Part shown: positions 37,989-47,420 of the stretch, piece by piece
Position numbering within the stretch: position 1 is the first letter of the stretch
Layout: each line of letters starts with the position of its first letter
Assembly: GCA_038213805.1 (NCBI GenBank)
Contig: JBBQSO010000001.1
Location: 64,001 to 128,000, forward strand
Direction of reading: 5' to 3'
Length of the DNA: 64,000 nucleotides
DNA from: Planctomycetota bacterium
Lineage (GTDB): Bacteria; Planctomycetota; UBA11346
Notes under the pieces: model-generated
Seen by the model: only the letters and a program-made list of their open reading frames with translations
The model's database searches: none
What the model was told of the DNA's origin: nothing
Made by a program: the position numbers and the translations under genes

Positions 37989-39731
37989 TCAGTGCGTCGG
38001 CGCCGGCGTCGCCGCGGCCGCGGGCGGCGCACTCGTCGGTGCCGTTGCCGCGGGTACCGTCGGGGCGGTCGTCGTGGCGGGCGGCGGTGCCAGCGCCGCG
38101 CCGACGTCGGCGAAGCTCATGTAGATCGACAGCACCACCAGCACCAGCAGCGCCGCCGCTGGTTTCGTACCGCGCCATGAGGTCATCTCGACATCGCCCG
38201 AGTACGCCTGGACCCAGGGCTCTGCCCGAGGGGCGATCTGCATGATGACGACCATCACGACGCACATCAGCACGAACACCGCGCCCAGGAAGTGGAAGCC
38301 ATTCACGACGTCGGTCAGCGGCACCAGCACGGTCGCGCCGTCCACCACGTGCGGCACCAGCGGCACGAAGTAGCCGGTGGCGATGACCAGGAAGCCGCCG
38401 ATCAGCCCGGTCTTGGCCGCGGCCGCCGGCAGGCGGCGCAGCAGCAGGCCCATCAGCACCACCGAGAAGATCGGGATGAAGTACATGCCGTTCATCTTCT
38501 GCAGGTAGCCGAAGATGCTGGTCTGCCCGGCGAGCATGGGCGCGACCGTCATCGCGACCAGCGCCACCACCAGGGCGAAGACCTTGCCGGCCTTCACAAC
38601 GCGATCCTCGGATGCGTTCTTGTCCCACAGGCCCTTGTAGATGCCCATGCTGAACAGCGTGGCGGTGCTGTTGAGCGCCGAGCCGAACGAGCTCAGCACC
38701 GCGCCCATCATCGCGGCCAGGAAGAACCCGGTGAGCGGGGCCGGCAGCACCTCGCGCACCAGCTTGCCGTAGGCGTGATCGGGCTTCAGGCCGCTGTCGG
38801 CATAGAGGTGGAAGGCGATGATGCCGGGCACCACCAGGTAGAGCGGGCCGAGCAGCTTCAGTGCGCCGGTCAGCAGCACGCCCTTCTGGCCCTCGGCGAG
38901 GTTGCGCGCGGCGAAGGTGCGCTGGATGATCGACTGGTTGGTGCACCAGTAGAAGGTGGTGAGCAGGATGACGCCGGTGAACAGCGTCGGGAATGGCACC
39001 GACTGGGTGGCCGTGCCGAGCGAGTTGAATTTTTCGGGGTGGGCGTGGGTCACGGTGTGCAGACCGGCGAGGATGCCTTCGCCCTTGCCGACCGCCGCCA
39101 GGGCGAAGCCGACGATCATCAGGCCGCCCGAGAGCAGCAGCACGCCATTGTAGGTGTCAGCCACCGCGATGCCGCGCATGCCGCCGAAGACGGCGTAGAT
39201 GGTGCCGACCAGGCCGACCACCCACACCGTCAGCCACAGCGCCGAGCCCGCGTCCTGGATGCCGGTCAGCCCCTGCACGTCGACGATCTCGTTCAGGCCG
39301 GTGGCGCCGGTATAGAGCACGATCGGCAGCAGGATGGCGGTGTAGGCGATCAGGAAGATGAGGTTGCAGATGACCTGCGTGCCGCGGTCGAAGCGCAGCT
39401 CGAGGAATTGCGGCACGGTCGAGATACCGCTGCGCAGGAAGCGCGGCAGGAAGAACAGCGCCATCGCCACCAGCGACAGCACCGAGACCACCTCCCAGGC
39501 CATGACGCTCAGGCCGTCACTGTAGGCGGCGCCGTTGAGTCCGACCAACTGCTCGGTCGAGAGGTTGGTGAGCAGCAGCGAGCCGGCGATGAACACCGCG
39601 CCCAGCGAGCGCCCCGCCAGGAAGTGGCTGGTGGTGGTCGACACCACCGTGCGCCGCACCGTCAGCCAGGTGCCGAGGGCGACCAGGCCGGTGAAGAAGG
39701 CGAACGAGGCGAAGGTGATGAGGGTGTGCAT
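37989..39731 (-). CDS. Solute:sodium symporter (SSS, YidK-like sugar transporter)
   Basis: FLAGRSL, LTNLSTEQLVGLNG, FLELRFD, FYWCTNQSIIQR, many TM helices. Confidence 0.93.
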   Translation of the reverse strand: MHTLITFASFAFFTGLVALGTWLTVRRTVVSTTTSHFLAGRSLGAVFIAGSLLLTNLSTEQLVGLNGAAYSDGLSVMAWEVVSVLSLVAMALFFLPRFLRSGISTVPQFLELRFDRGTQVICNLIFLIAYTAILLPIVLYTGATGLNEIVDVQGLTGIQDAGSALWLTVWVVGLVGTIYAVFGGMRGIAVADTYNGVLLLSGGLMIVGFALAAVGKGEGILAGLHTVTHAHPEKFNSLGTATQSVPFPTLFTGVILLTTFYWCTNQSIIQRTFAARNLAEGQKGVLLTGALKLLGPLYLVVPGIIAFHLYADSGLKPDHAYGKLVREVLPAPLTGFFLAAMMGAVLSSFGSALNSTATLFSMGIYKGLWDKNASEDRVVKAGKVFALVVALVAMTVAPMLAGQTSIFGYLQKMNGMYFIPIFSVVLMGLLLRRLPAAAAKTGLIGGFLVIATGYFVPLVPHVVDGATVLVPLTDVVNGFHFLGAVFVLMCVVMVVIMQIAPRAEPWVQAYSGDVEMTSWRGTKPAAALLVLVVLSIYMSFADVGAALAPPPATTTAPTVPAATAPTSAPPAAAATPAPTH

Positions 39732-39844
39732 GGTGCAGAAGTCTCCGGGCCGGATGACCGGCGGGCGGGGAGTGTCCCATGGTTCCCCGCCCCGCCAAGG
39801 GGGTGCGGGTGCGGCCTGCGGAAGGTGCTCCACCCAGACCGCGA

Positions 39845-39858
39845 CGATTGCGCAATCG
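39845..39858. promoter_or_regulatory. 14-bp palindrome CGATTGCGCAATCG, candidate operator
   Basis: Perfect palindrome in the divergent region between the SSS transporter and the ECF sigma gene. Confidence 0.35.
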
Positions 39859-39977
39859 CATGCAGGGCCGCCATTTGCAGGCAGATGCAAGCCCCAGCAT
39901 GCGGCCTTGGGCGCAGCGTGGCACGGGGGACGCCTGCAGGCAGGGTTGCACAAGCGCGAGTACGGCCAGGCATCCTG

Positions 39978-40002
39978 GTAACGATCGCGGGGGTACGGTA
40001 GA
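39978..40002 (+). promoter_or_regulatory. Candidate ECF promoter GTAAC-N15-GTAGA (autoregulatory)
   Basis: 9 nt separate it from ATG 40012; recurs at 44034 and 47387. Confidence 0.65.
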
Positions 40003-40011
40003 CTGTCCTGC

Positions 40012-40548
40012 ATGGGTACGGATCTCTCGGCCGCCGATCACGAGCGCTTCACCCGGCATTGGACCCTGGCCAGTCCGATGGTGGCGGACTACATCAGCGC
40101 CCTGGTGCCGAATTTCCATGAGGCCGAGGACCTGCTGCAGAACGTCGCCATCGTCGTCCTGCGCAAATTCGACCAGTACGACCAGGCGCTGCCCTTCGCC
40201 TTCTGGGCGATGGGCATCGCCCGCTATGAGGTATTGAGCAAGCGGCGCGAATTCTCGCGGCGGCGGGTGCTCTTCACTCCAGATCTCGCCGATCAGGCGG
40301 CCGAGCTCCAGCAGGAGATGAGCGCCGAGCACGAAGCCCGTCAGCGCGCCCTGCGGGACTGCCTGCGCGCGGTCGGTGAGCGCGCGACCACGGTGCTGCG
40401 CATGCGCTATGAAGAGGCACTCGAGCCGCGCGACATCGCCGAGCGCCTCGGCATGTCGTCAGGCGCCATCCGCGTGATGCTCAGTCGGGTGCGCTGCGTC
40501 CTCCAGGAGTGCATCCAGGCGAAGATCGCCGTGGCGGACCACCGCTGA
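40012..40548 (+). CDS. ECF sigma-70 factor (Planctomycete/Verrucomicrobia type)
   Basis: EAEDLLQNV, FAFWAMGIARYEV, LRMRY..IAERLGMSSGAIRVMLSRVR..LQECI. Confidence 0.93.
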   Translation: MGTDLSAADHERFTRHWTLASPMVADYISALVPNFHEAEDLLQNVAIVVLRKFDQYDQALPFAFWAMGIARYEVLSKRREFSRRRVLFTPDLADQAAELQQEMSAEHEARQRALRDCLRAVGERATTVLRMRYEEALEPRDIAERLGMSSGAIRVMLSRVRCVLQECIQAKIAVADHR

Positions 40549-42398
40549 TGACCGTGCCGCTCCCCCTCATCGATGCCTTCCTGGATGACCACCTGGACGA
40601 TGACCAGACCGTCGCGCTGCAGACCTGGTTGGCAGCCGATCGCGAGCACCTGCGGGCCTTCCTGCGCATCACGTCCGTGCACCGGGCGCTGCGCCGCGAG
40701 TTCACCAGCGCCCAGGCGCACGTACGCTTCTCAGCGCAGGCACCGAGCGCCACCACCCGTCGGTTGCGCATCGCGGCGCGGCGAGGCGGATCGCGGCGCC
40801 CGGTCGGGATGAACCCGTGGTGGCTGCGGGGCGCGGGCATCGCCGCCGGCCTGCTGCTGGCGATCGGCCTGGTCATGGGCGGTCACCGCGCCGGGGATGA
40901 CGCGGTCCAGATCGCCGCCGGTTCCGCCGTTATCGAGCGGCCGACGGGCCCGGTGCCGGCGCATGCGGGCGATGTGGTGCAGCGTGCCGATGCGATCGTT
41001 GCTGCGCAGGGCCCCGTCACCCTGCGCTTCGCCGATGGCACCACGGTGCGACTCGATGCGGATGCCCGGATCGTGCTGACGTCCGCAGGAAGCGCGGACC
41101 AAGGCAAGCGCCTGGAACTGGGCATGGGTCGGCTTTCCGCGAGCGTCGCCAAGCAGCCCAGCGGTCGTCCGCTGACCATCACCACCGCGACCGCGACCGC
41201 GGTGGTGGTCGGCACCGCATTCAGCCTGAGCAGCTCCGCGACTGCGACCCGCCTGGACGTCGAACACGGTCGCGTGCGGCTTGAGCGCCAAGTCGATGCC
41301 GCAACGGTCGAGGTCGGCGCCGGCGAATACGCGGTGGCGGACCCGGGCAGCGCATTGGTAGTGCGCAAGCAGGGCACCCTGCCGGGCGATGCCCCCCTGC
41401 ATGTCGGTGGCGCCCGGCACAACCAGCTCATTGGGCCGGATGGGAAGCGCTTCGTGTTGAAGGGCGCACAGGTCGGCCTCACCCTCTTCTATGCCCAGCT
41501 CGGCTCGCCGTGGGAATACCGGCTGCTCGCGGACCGGGCCGTGTTCGAGCGCGCCTTCAGCGGGCGCCTCGCACAGCTCGCGGCGATGAAGGCCAACGGC
41601 ATCAACACCGTGCGCATCTTCGTCGGCGGGGCGGTGGCCCACGACCCCAACAACGGGTATGCGACTCCAGAGCAGGGCTACGGCGGGTTCGCCGGCTATG
41701 TCCAGCGCCTGGTCACCTATGCCGACGATGCCCGCAACCAGGGGTTCCACGTCATCTTCTGCTACAATGGCGATGATGGGTGGTCGCAGGATACGAACTG
41801 GCCTGCGTATCGCAGACTGTTCAGCGCACTGGTGCCGGCGCTCGCGACCAACGGCAACGTGCTGTTCGAACTCGTCCATGAACCGGACATCGAAGATCGC
41901 GAATGGAGCCGGTGCAGCGTCCGCGCCATCGACCTTTTCCGTTCACTCGGATATCGGGGCCCACTCGTGGTCGACCTCGATCATCGCTGCAACTGGTGGT
42001 ATGAGCCCATCGTCGACGAAGTTTCCCGGCATGATCAGCAACTGGTCTTCAGCCTGCACTTCGCGAAATGGGTGGGCTGGGCGCACACCGAGGAAATGCT
42101 GCGCAACGGCGCCCATCGACCGGTGATCCTCGGACAGGTGACACCCAATGTGGGCAATGACCTTGGCGAGCCGGACGCCATCGCGGCCGTGGTCGCCATG
42201 CGTGCGCTGGTCACCCAGGAAATCGCGATCGGCGCCGTGGCGGCGGAATGGAATGCACGCGATGGCCAGCCTCCGACGCCCGGCACGGGCATGACAGACG
42301 ACGATGGCGCCCTCGTGCCGAACTCATGGGGCGTTGGATATCGTGATGGATTCAGTGGTCGCCTGCCTGATTGGCTCCCTGTCGCAACGCCTCCGTGA
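40548..42398 (+). CDS. Anti-sigma factor: FecR domain fused to a GH5-like TIM barrel
   Basis: TGATG overlap with the sigma gene; LIDAFLDD N-domain; TM helix; FecR FADGTTV..AVVVGTAF; GH5-like FVLKG, GINTVRI, VLFELVHEP, FSLHF, PVILGQ. Confidence 0.85.
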   Translation: MTVPLPLIDAFLDDHLDDDQTVALQTWLAADREHLRAFLRITSVHRALRREFTSAQAHVRFSAQAPSATTRRLRIAARRGGSRRPVGMNPWWLRGAGIAAGLLLAIGLVMGGHRAGDDAVQIAAGSAVIERPTGPVPAHAGDVVQRADAIVAAQGPVTLRFADGTTVRLDADARIVLTSAGSADQGKRLELGMGRLSASVAKQPSGRPLTITTATATAVVVGTAFSLSSSATATRLDVEHGRVRLERQVDAATVEVGAGEYAVADPGSALVVRKQGTLPGDAPLHVGGARHNQLIGPDGKRFVLKGAQVGLTLFYAQLGSPWEYRLLADRAVFERAFSGRLAQLAAMKANGINTVRIFVGGAVAHDPNNGYATPEQGYGGFAGYVQRLVTYADDARNQGFHVIFCYNGDDGWSQDTNWPAYRRLFSALVPALATNGNVLFELVHEPDIEDREWSRCSVRAIDLFRSLGYRGPLVVDLDHRCNWWYEPIVDEVSRHDQQLVFSLHFAKWVGWAHTEEMLRNGAHRPVILGQVTPNVGNDLGEPDAIAAVVAMRALVTQEIAIGAVAAEWNARDGQPPTPGTGMTDDDGALVPNSWGVGYRDGFSGRLPDWLPVATPP

Positions 42399-42409
42399 AG
42401 GATTCCCAC

Positions 42410-43909
42410 ATGCACCTGCGCACGACCACCACTGTCCTGGTTCTAGCGGCGCTGTCCTGCAGCGCGCTCCATGGGGCCGTCCATGAGGTCGGTCCGACGA
42501 CTCCGCTGGTGTTGTCGCTGGCCGACGTCGCCGGGGGCACCGATGTACGCAACAATGCCAAACACAATCCGGGCGGCGGCTACCTTAGTGTCTACGACGG
42601 CATCAAGGAATTCGGCTACCCGTCCACCCACGGCAACCAGCTTGGCAACACCGCGCTGGTCAATGACCATGTCTACTGGGATAGCAGCCCGGGCGGCCTC
42701 GACTTCACCCACACGCCACCTCCCGACGCGGGCTGCGGCAGTGCCTTGTGGTGGCCCATCCCCGGGGAATGGACAGCCTACCAGTTCGCGGTGACCAGCC
42801 CGGGAACCTATTCCGTGCTCTGCCGCTTCTCGTCATCGTGGGGACCGGCCAAGCCGGCCACGGCGGTGCTCACCATCGATGGCGTCGCCAGCGCGCCCGT
42901 GCCGCTGACTCCGGACGATCCGAAGCTGTGGTCCGATACGCACTACCAGGTGGGCGGGTGGTGGGGACACACCATGGTCAGCGGCACCTTTCCGGTCGCC
43001 TGGTCGCTGGGCACCGGCGCCCACGTGCTGCAGGTGCGCATCGACAGCTTCCCGGACAAGCCCACGGACCACGGCAATCTCTGGATCCATTATTTCAAGA
43101 TCACGTCGAGCAAGACCGCCGGCAGGGCGCCGGCCGTGGTGCTCAAACCTGTCGTGCCCCGCCAGCTGGCCGCGGCGAACGCGGCATTCAAGACGGCAGA
43201 GGAGTGCGAGCAGAAGGGGCGCCTGGGCCAAGCCATCGCCGCCTACGAGAAGGCGGCAGGCGGAGCGGTAGCAGGCAGCGATCTGAACGAGCGCGCCACG
43301 ACCAGGGCCAAGGCGCTGCGTGAGGCCGGCGAGCAGAAGCTCGCCGCTGCACGCGCCCTCGCACCCGAGGCGGCAGCGCCCGTCCTGGCGCGGATCGCGA
43401 GCGACTATGCCGGTAGCGACGTGGGCGACTCCGCACGTCCCTCGTCACCGGCGCAGACCCAGGCACCGCCCCAGAAGGCCCCCGCGGACACCGGCACGAC
43501 CGGGTGGACTGCACCCGACAAGCAGCAGGCGCTCTCCGCGCTCCGCACCATGATCCTGGACACCGCGGGGCGGATGCCGATCACAGCGACCATCGCGCTG
43601 TTCGGGAAGCCGCAGGCGGTGGTCGTCACCAAATGCGACAAGCAGGGTCTGGATCTCAGACTCACCGGCTCCAGCTCGGAAATCACCCTGCAATGGCAAC
43701 AGCTCGGCAACGAGGACCTGGGGCGGCTGGGGCAGGCCTGCATCCTCGGTCGCTCGGACCAGGCCCTTGCCGTTGGGGAGTGGTGCATCGCCTGCGGGCT
43801 CGAAACCCTGGCGAAAGCCACGCTGAATCGCGCGGCCGAACTCGATTCGCGGTTGGCGCCGGCAGTGGCCGAACGGCTACAGGCGCTCCACGCCAAGTCC
43901 GCGCCCTGA
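42410..43909 (+). CDS. Secreted protein: CBM6/35-like N-domain, TPR-like helices and uncharacterised C-terminal domain
   Basis: Signal peptide; GEWTAYQFAVTSPGTYSV, GAHVLQV, NLWIHYFKI; N-domain is paralogous to that of the next gene. Confidence 0.72.
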   Translation: MHLRTTTTVLVLAALSCSALHGAVHEVGPTTPLVLSLADVAGGTDVRNNAKHNPGGGYLSVYDGIKEFGYPSTHGNQLGNTALVNDHVYWDSSPGGLDFTHTPPPDAGCGSALWWPIPGEWTAYQFAVTSPGTYSVLCRFSSSWGPAKPATAVLTIDGVASAPVPLTPDDPKLWSDTHYQVGGWWGHTMVSGTFPVAWSLGTGAHVLQVRIDSFPDKPTDHGNLWIHYFKITSSKTAGRAPAVVLKPVVPRQLAAANAAFKTAEECEQKGRLGQAIAAYEKAAGGAVAGSDLNERATTRAKALREAGEQKLAAARALAPEAAAPVLARIASDYAGSDVGDSARPSSPAQTQAPPQKAPADTGTTGWTAPDKQQALSALRTMILDTAGRMPITATIALFGKPQAVVVTKCDKQGLDLRLTGSSSEITLQWQQLGNEDLGRLGQACILGRSDQALAVGEWCIACGLETLAKATLNRAAELDSRLAPAVAERLQALHAKSAP

Positions 43910-44033
43910 TGGCCTGACGGCGGGTCGCCATCCGCGCAGATCCCAACCACCTGGAGGAAGCGATCTGCCGCGTCCTGCAGGGATCGCCGTTTTGCGACCC
44001 GGTGGGACGGCGACAGAGTGCGGTGGAAACTCC

Positions 44034-44058
44034 GTAACGCGCAGCGTCGGCCGGTAGA
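44034..44058 (+). promoter_or_regulatory. Candidate ECF promoter GTAAC-N15-GTAGA
   Basis: GTAACG-N12-CGGTAGA, identical in boxes and spacing to 39978-40002. Confidence 0.65.
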
Positions 44059-44135
44059 TCTCGGGAGAATGAACGTCGTGGGCGTACGCACCGTCCGCCG
44101 CCGCGCTCTCTCATCGTGACCATCGGAGGAATCCC

Positions 44136-46259
44136 ATGAGCATCGCCCATCCCATCGCAGCTGGTCCGCTTCGGACGATGGCGTCGCGCGTTCGCCGCCG
44201 CTCCGCCTTGATCGCCATGCTCATCGCGCTGTTGATGGCCGGGGCGCAACCTGCCCAGACCGCGACCTTCGACGTGAGCCCAACCAGCCCGGCGATCATC
44301 CCGTTCTCCAGCGTCATCGGCGGATCGGATGCGGCGAACAACGCGAAGAACAACGCGAATGGCGGCTATTTCAGCGAATTTGACAATGTCAGTCAGTTCA
44401 ACTACCCGGCCGGTCATGGCAACCAGCTCCAGAACACGGCGATGATCAATGACAGCACCAACTATTTCGACAACGTGACCTGGCAAGGCGGACAGCCGGC
44501 CGGCTTGTCACTGTCGGGCGTTCCCGCCCCGGACGCGGGCTGCGGCGATGCGGCCTGGTGGCCGGCTCCCGGCGATTGGGTCTCGTACCAATTGAATGTC
44601 ACCACCGCCGGCACGTACACCGTCCTCACCCGTTTCTCGACGGCGTGGGGTCCGACCGGCACCGTGACCTACCATATGACAATCGATGGGGTCAGCAGCG
44701 GGCCAGTCACCATGCACCCGGACGACAACGCGTATTGGACGCCTGGAGCAGGCGGATTCCAGCGTCCGATCGATGGCTGGTGGGGACACAATTATGTCCC
44801 GGGCACCATGCCAACCGGCTGGAGTCTGGCCGTAGGACCGCACGTGCTCAAGGTCTTCATCGACAACTGGCCCGGCACAGCGCCTGGGCCCAGCTCCTCG
44901 GGCCCGGGCGACATCTGGCTGCATTACTTCAAGGTCCTGGCTGGCGGCACGCCGGTGTCCGGGCCGGTGCCCGCACCGACCTTCTCATTCTCGCCACTTC
45001 TGACCGCCACCGCCAATGGCTTGATGGCGACTGGTCCCGTGACGGTCACGATTGAGGACACCGATGCCACCGCGGTCATCCATTACACCACCGATGGCAG
45101 CACGCCGATGGCATCCTCGCCCACGTATACTGCGCCCTTCATCATCAGTGCCCTGGGCGCCGCGACCATCAAGGCACTGGCGATCGACGGTACCGACAGC
45201 GCGGTGGCGACCACGACGTTCACCATCGCTGCGCCCCCGACGGTGGCGACCGCGGCCAACGCCGCGCCGAACCCGGTGACGGGCACCACCACGGTGCTGA
45301 GCGCGCTGGGCGCAACCACCGGCGCGGGCGGCGAGCCGACGCTGACCTACACCTGGTCGACGACCGGGTCGACACCGGCGGCGGTGCGCTTCAGCGCGAA
45401 CGGCAGCAACGCCGCGAAATCGGTCACCGCCACCTTCGCCGGCGCCGGCACCTACAATTTCCAGGTCGCGATCGCCAACCCCTTCGGCTTATCGGTGACG
45501 AGCAGCGTCAGCGTGGTGGTGGACCGGACCGTGACGGGCGTGGCGGTGGTGCCGGGCACGGCGTGGATCTCGGCCGGCTCGAGCTTCACCTTCACCGCCT
45601 CGGCAGTCGACCAGTTCGGGGCCGTCATCTCCGGGACTCCGACCGTCACCTGGTCGGCGACGGGCGGCAGCATCACGGCGGGCGGAGCCTACACCGCCGG
45701 AAATGCCGCGGGCACCTTCTCGGTCACGGCGGCTTCGTCGACGGGCAGCGGGTCGGCGACGGTGGTGGTGACTGCCGGCTTTGCGGTCAGCATGACCTTC
45801 CAGCCCGCGCAGACGCCGCCCTTCGGCAACTACCTCGTCGACAACGGTGCGGTCTTCGGCGATCGCGGCAACGGCCTGAGTTACGGCTGGGACCAGGACC
45901 TCAGCACCTGGGCGCGCGAACGCCAAGGCAAGGGTGGCACGGCACCCGATGCCGGCCACGACCGCCTGATCTACGTGCAGCGCGCGGGCAATGCGGTCTT
46001 CCGCATCACCGTCCCGAACGGCACCTACAACGTCCACATCATCAGTGGTGACGCCGCCTACTCCGCCAGCGTCTTCAAGGTGTCCGCCCAGGGCGTGCTG
46101 GTGGTGGATGGGACGCCGACGCCGGGCAACCGCTGGATCGAAGGCACCCAGACCGTGACCGTCACCAACGGCACGATCGCGGTGACCAGCGCCAGTGGGG
46201 CGCAGAACAACAAGATCTGCCAGCTCGACATCGCCGTCGTCCCCGCAGCCGTCAACTAG
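44136..46259 (+). CDS. Secreted multidomain protein: CBM-like N-domain, chitobiase/FN3-associated domain, PKD-like, Ig-like and C-terminal galactose-binding-like domains
   Basis: GGAGG RBS; signal peptide; IHYTTDGSTP; PKD-like repeat shared with the M36 gene; FQPA...YLVDNG.VFGDRGNGLSYGW..VPNGTYNV. Confidence 0.8.
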   Translation: MSIAHPIAAGPLRTMASRVRRRSALIAMLIALLMAGAQPAQTATFDVSPTSPAIIPFSSVIGGSDAANNAKNNANGGYFSEFDNVSQFNYPAGHGNQLQNTAMINDSTNYFDNVTWQGGQPAGLSLSGVPAPDAGCGDAAWWPAPGDWVSYQLNVTTAGTYTVLTRFSTAWGPTGTVTYHMTIDGVSSGPVTMHPDDNAYWTPGAGGFQRPIDGWWGHNYVPGTMPTGWSLAVGPHVLKVFIDNWPGTAPGPSSSGPGDIWLHYFKVLAGGTPVSGPVPAPTFSFSPLLTATANGLMATGPVTVTIEDTDATAVIHYTTDGSTPMASSPTYTAPFIISALGAATIKALAIDGTDSAVATTTFTIAAPPTVATAANAAPNPVTGTTTVLSALGATTGAGGEPTLTYTWSTTGSTPAAVRFSANGSNAAKSVTATFAGAGTYNFQVAIANPFGLSVTSSVSVVVDRTVTGVAVVPGTAWISAGSSFTFTASAVDQFGAVISGTPTVTWSATGGSITAGGAYTAGNAAGTFSVTAASSTGSGSATVVVTAGFAVSMTFQPAQTPPFGNYLVDNGAVFGDRGNGLSYGWDQDLSTWARERQGKGGTAPDAGHDRLIYVQRAGNAVFRITVPNGTYNVHIISGDAAYSASVFKVSAQGVLVVDGTPTPGNRWIEGTQTVTVTNGTIAVTSASGAQNNKICQLDIAVVPAAVN

Positions 46260-46274
46260 AACCCGCGAGGCACC

Positions 46275-46598
46275 ATGCGCCTGATCCCCTTCCTCATGAT
46301 CTCCTTCGCCCTGGTAGGCTGCGGTAGCGGAGGGAATTTCGCCTTCGCTCCTGGCACCGTCATCAGCCGCACCAGGGTGACCCACTTCTGGCCCAATGGG
46401 CAGATGAAGGACACCGGCTTCATCGCCACCGACAGCCAGGGCAACACCCACCAGGTCGACCAGTGGCAGTTGTGGTTCGAGAACGGCCAGCCGCAGTGGC
46501 AAGGCACCTATACCAGCACCGGCGCGGTGGATGGCAGCCAGCCCTGGTTCGAGTGGAACAGCAACGGTTCGGTGCGTGACACCTGGATCGACCGCTGA
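46275..46598 (+). CDS. Small lipoprotein with MORN/YwqK-like beta-hairpin repeats
   Basis: Lipobox LVGC; FWPNGQMK, WFENGQPQWQGTY, WNSNGS. Confidence 0.78.
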   Translation: MRLIPFLMISFALVGCGSGGNFAFAPGTVISRTRVTHFWPNGQMKDTGFIATDSQGNTHQVDQWQLWFENGQPQWQGTYTSTGAVDGSQPWFEWNSNGSVRDTWIDR

Positions 46599-46667
46599 TC
46601 GCGTCCGGGCCTCTGCTCGTCGACACCACACATGTTCCCGTCCGATTGCGGGCGGGGAAAGAGTTCC

Positions 46668-47342
46668 ATGCGCCTGCGCATCCTGGCATCAGCCCACCTC
46701 ATCCTCGGTAGCGCTCTCGCCTGCCACGCCGCCGATGATTTCTACCGCCGCGCCAGCGTGCCGGACCTCTCCCACGAGTCATCATCGTGCGTCGACGATC
46801 TGCGAATCGGGTATTGGTTCATGCCGCTGGCCACCAACATCGACACCAGGCTGAACGGGGCGACGAGCTACCAGAAGCACGGTCACCTGCAATCAGGCAG
46901 CCGGACCTCGCTGCAGTGGGCGCTGCCGTTCACCGACCTGCGGAATGACGGGGATGGGCTGCTCGCCCTCGAACTCTCCAACATCCGATATCATCAGGAT
47001 CAGAGCACCACCGATCCGCTGATCGATCTGAACGCCTATGCGTTGACCCTGCATGTTGATCTGGCCTGGCCGATCGCCGGCGGTGGCCACATGGAGCTCG
47101 GGCCATTCCTGGGCTATGGCGTGTCTTCGGTAAGCGCACAGCACTGGAATGGCTTGTTCTGCGAGTTCGGCGGGCGCCTGGGCGCCTACTGGACCTTCGC
47201 CCGGCACCTGCAGGTCGGCCTCGATCTGCGCTACCTGGGCACGTATGCGCGCCAGGATTTCGCGGTCGGCGCCGCCAGTGAAGAGGTCGTGATCAAAACC
47301 AAGGGCGGATCCGCCGGCGTGCAGTTCGGCTACCGGTTCTGA
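46668..47342 (+). CDS. Outer-membrane beta-barrel protein (about 8 strands)
   Basis: Signal peptide, alternating amphipathic strands (ELGPFLGYG, GGRLGAYW, VGLDLRY), C-terminal GVQFGYRF signature. Confidence 0.8.
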   Translation: MRLRILASAHLILGSALACHAADDFYRRASVPDLSHESSSCVDDLRIGYWFMPLATNIDTRLNGATSYQKHGHLQSGSRTSLQWALPFTDLRNDGDGLLALELSNIRYHQDQSTTDPLIDLNAYALTLHVDLAWPIAGGGHMELGPFLGYGVSSVSAQHWNGLFCEFGGRLGAYWTFARHLQVGLDLRYLGTYARQDFAVGAASEEVVIKTKGGSAGVQFGYRF

Positions 47343-47386
47343 GCGCGGCGCAGCCGGGCGCTGCTCCACCCTCCGAAAGTTTTCCG

Positions 47387-47411
47387 GTAACACCTCGCCA
47401 AACCAGGAAGA
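47387..47411 (+). promoter_or_regulatory. Candidate ECF promoter GTAAC-N15-GAAGA
   Basis: Same spacing and same 9-nt gap to an ATG (47421) as the copy upstream of the sigma gene. Confidence 0.55.
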
Positions 47412-47420
47412 CCCACAGGC

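Noticed and set aside
37948..38946. Apparent long N-terminal extension of the beta-lactamase-like ORF (fusion with transporter region)
   Set aside because: Alternative frame overlapping the SSS gene; a proper signal peptide begins at ATG 37947.
43921..44001. Nested stems (CGGGTCGC/GCGACCCG, GCAGATC/GATCTGC) as a riboswitch
   Set aside because: No known aptamer consensus recognised; such stems are expected at this GC content.
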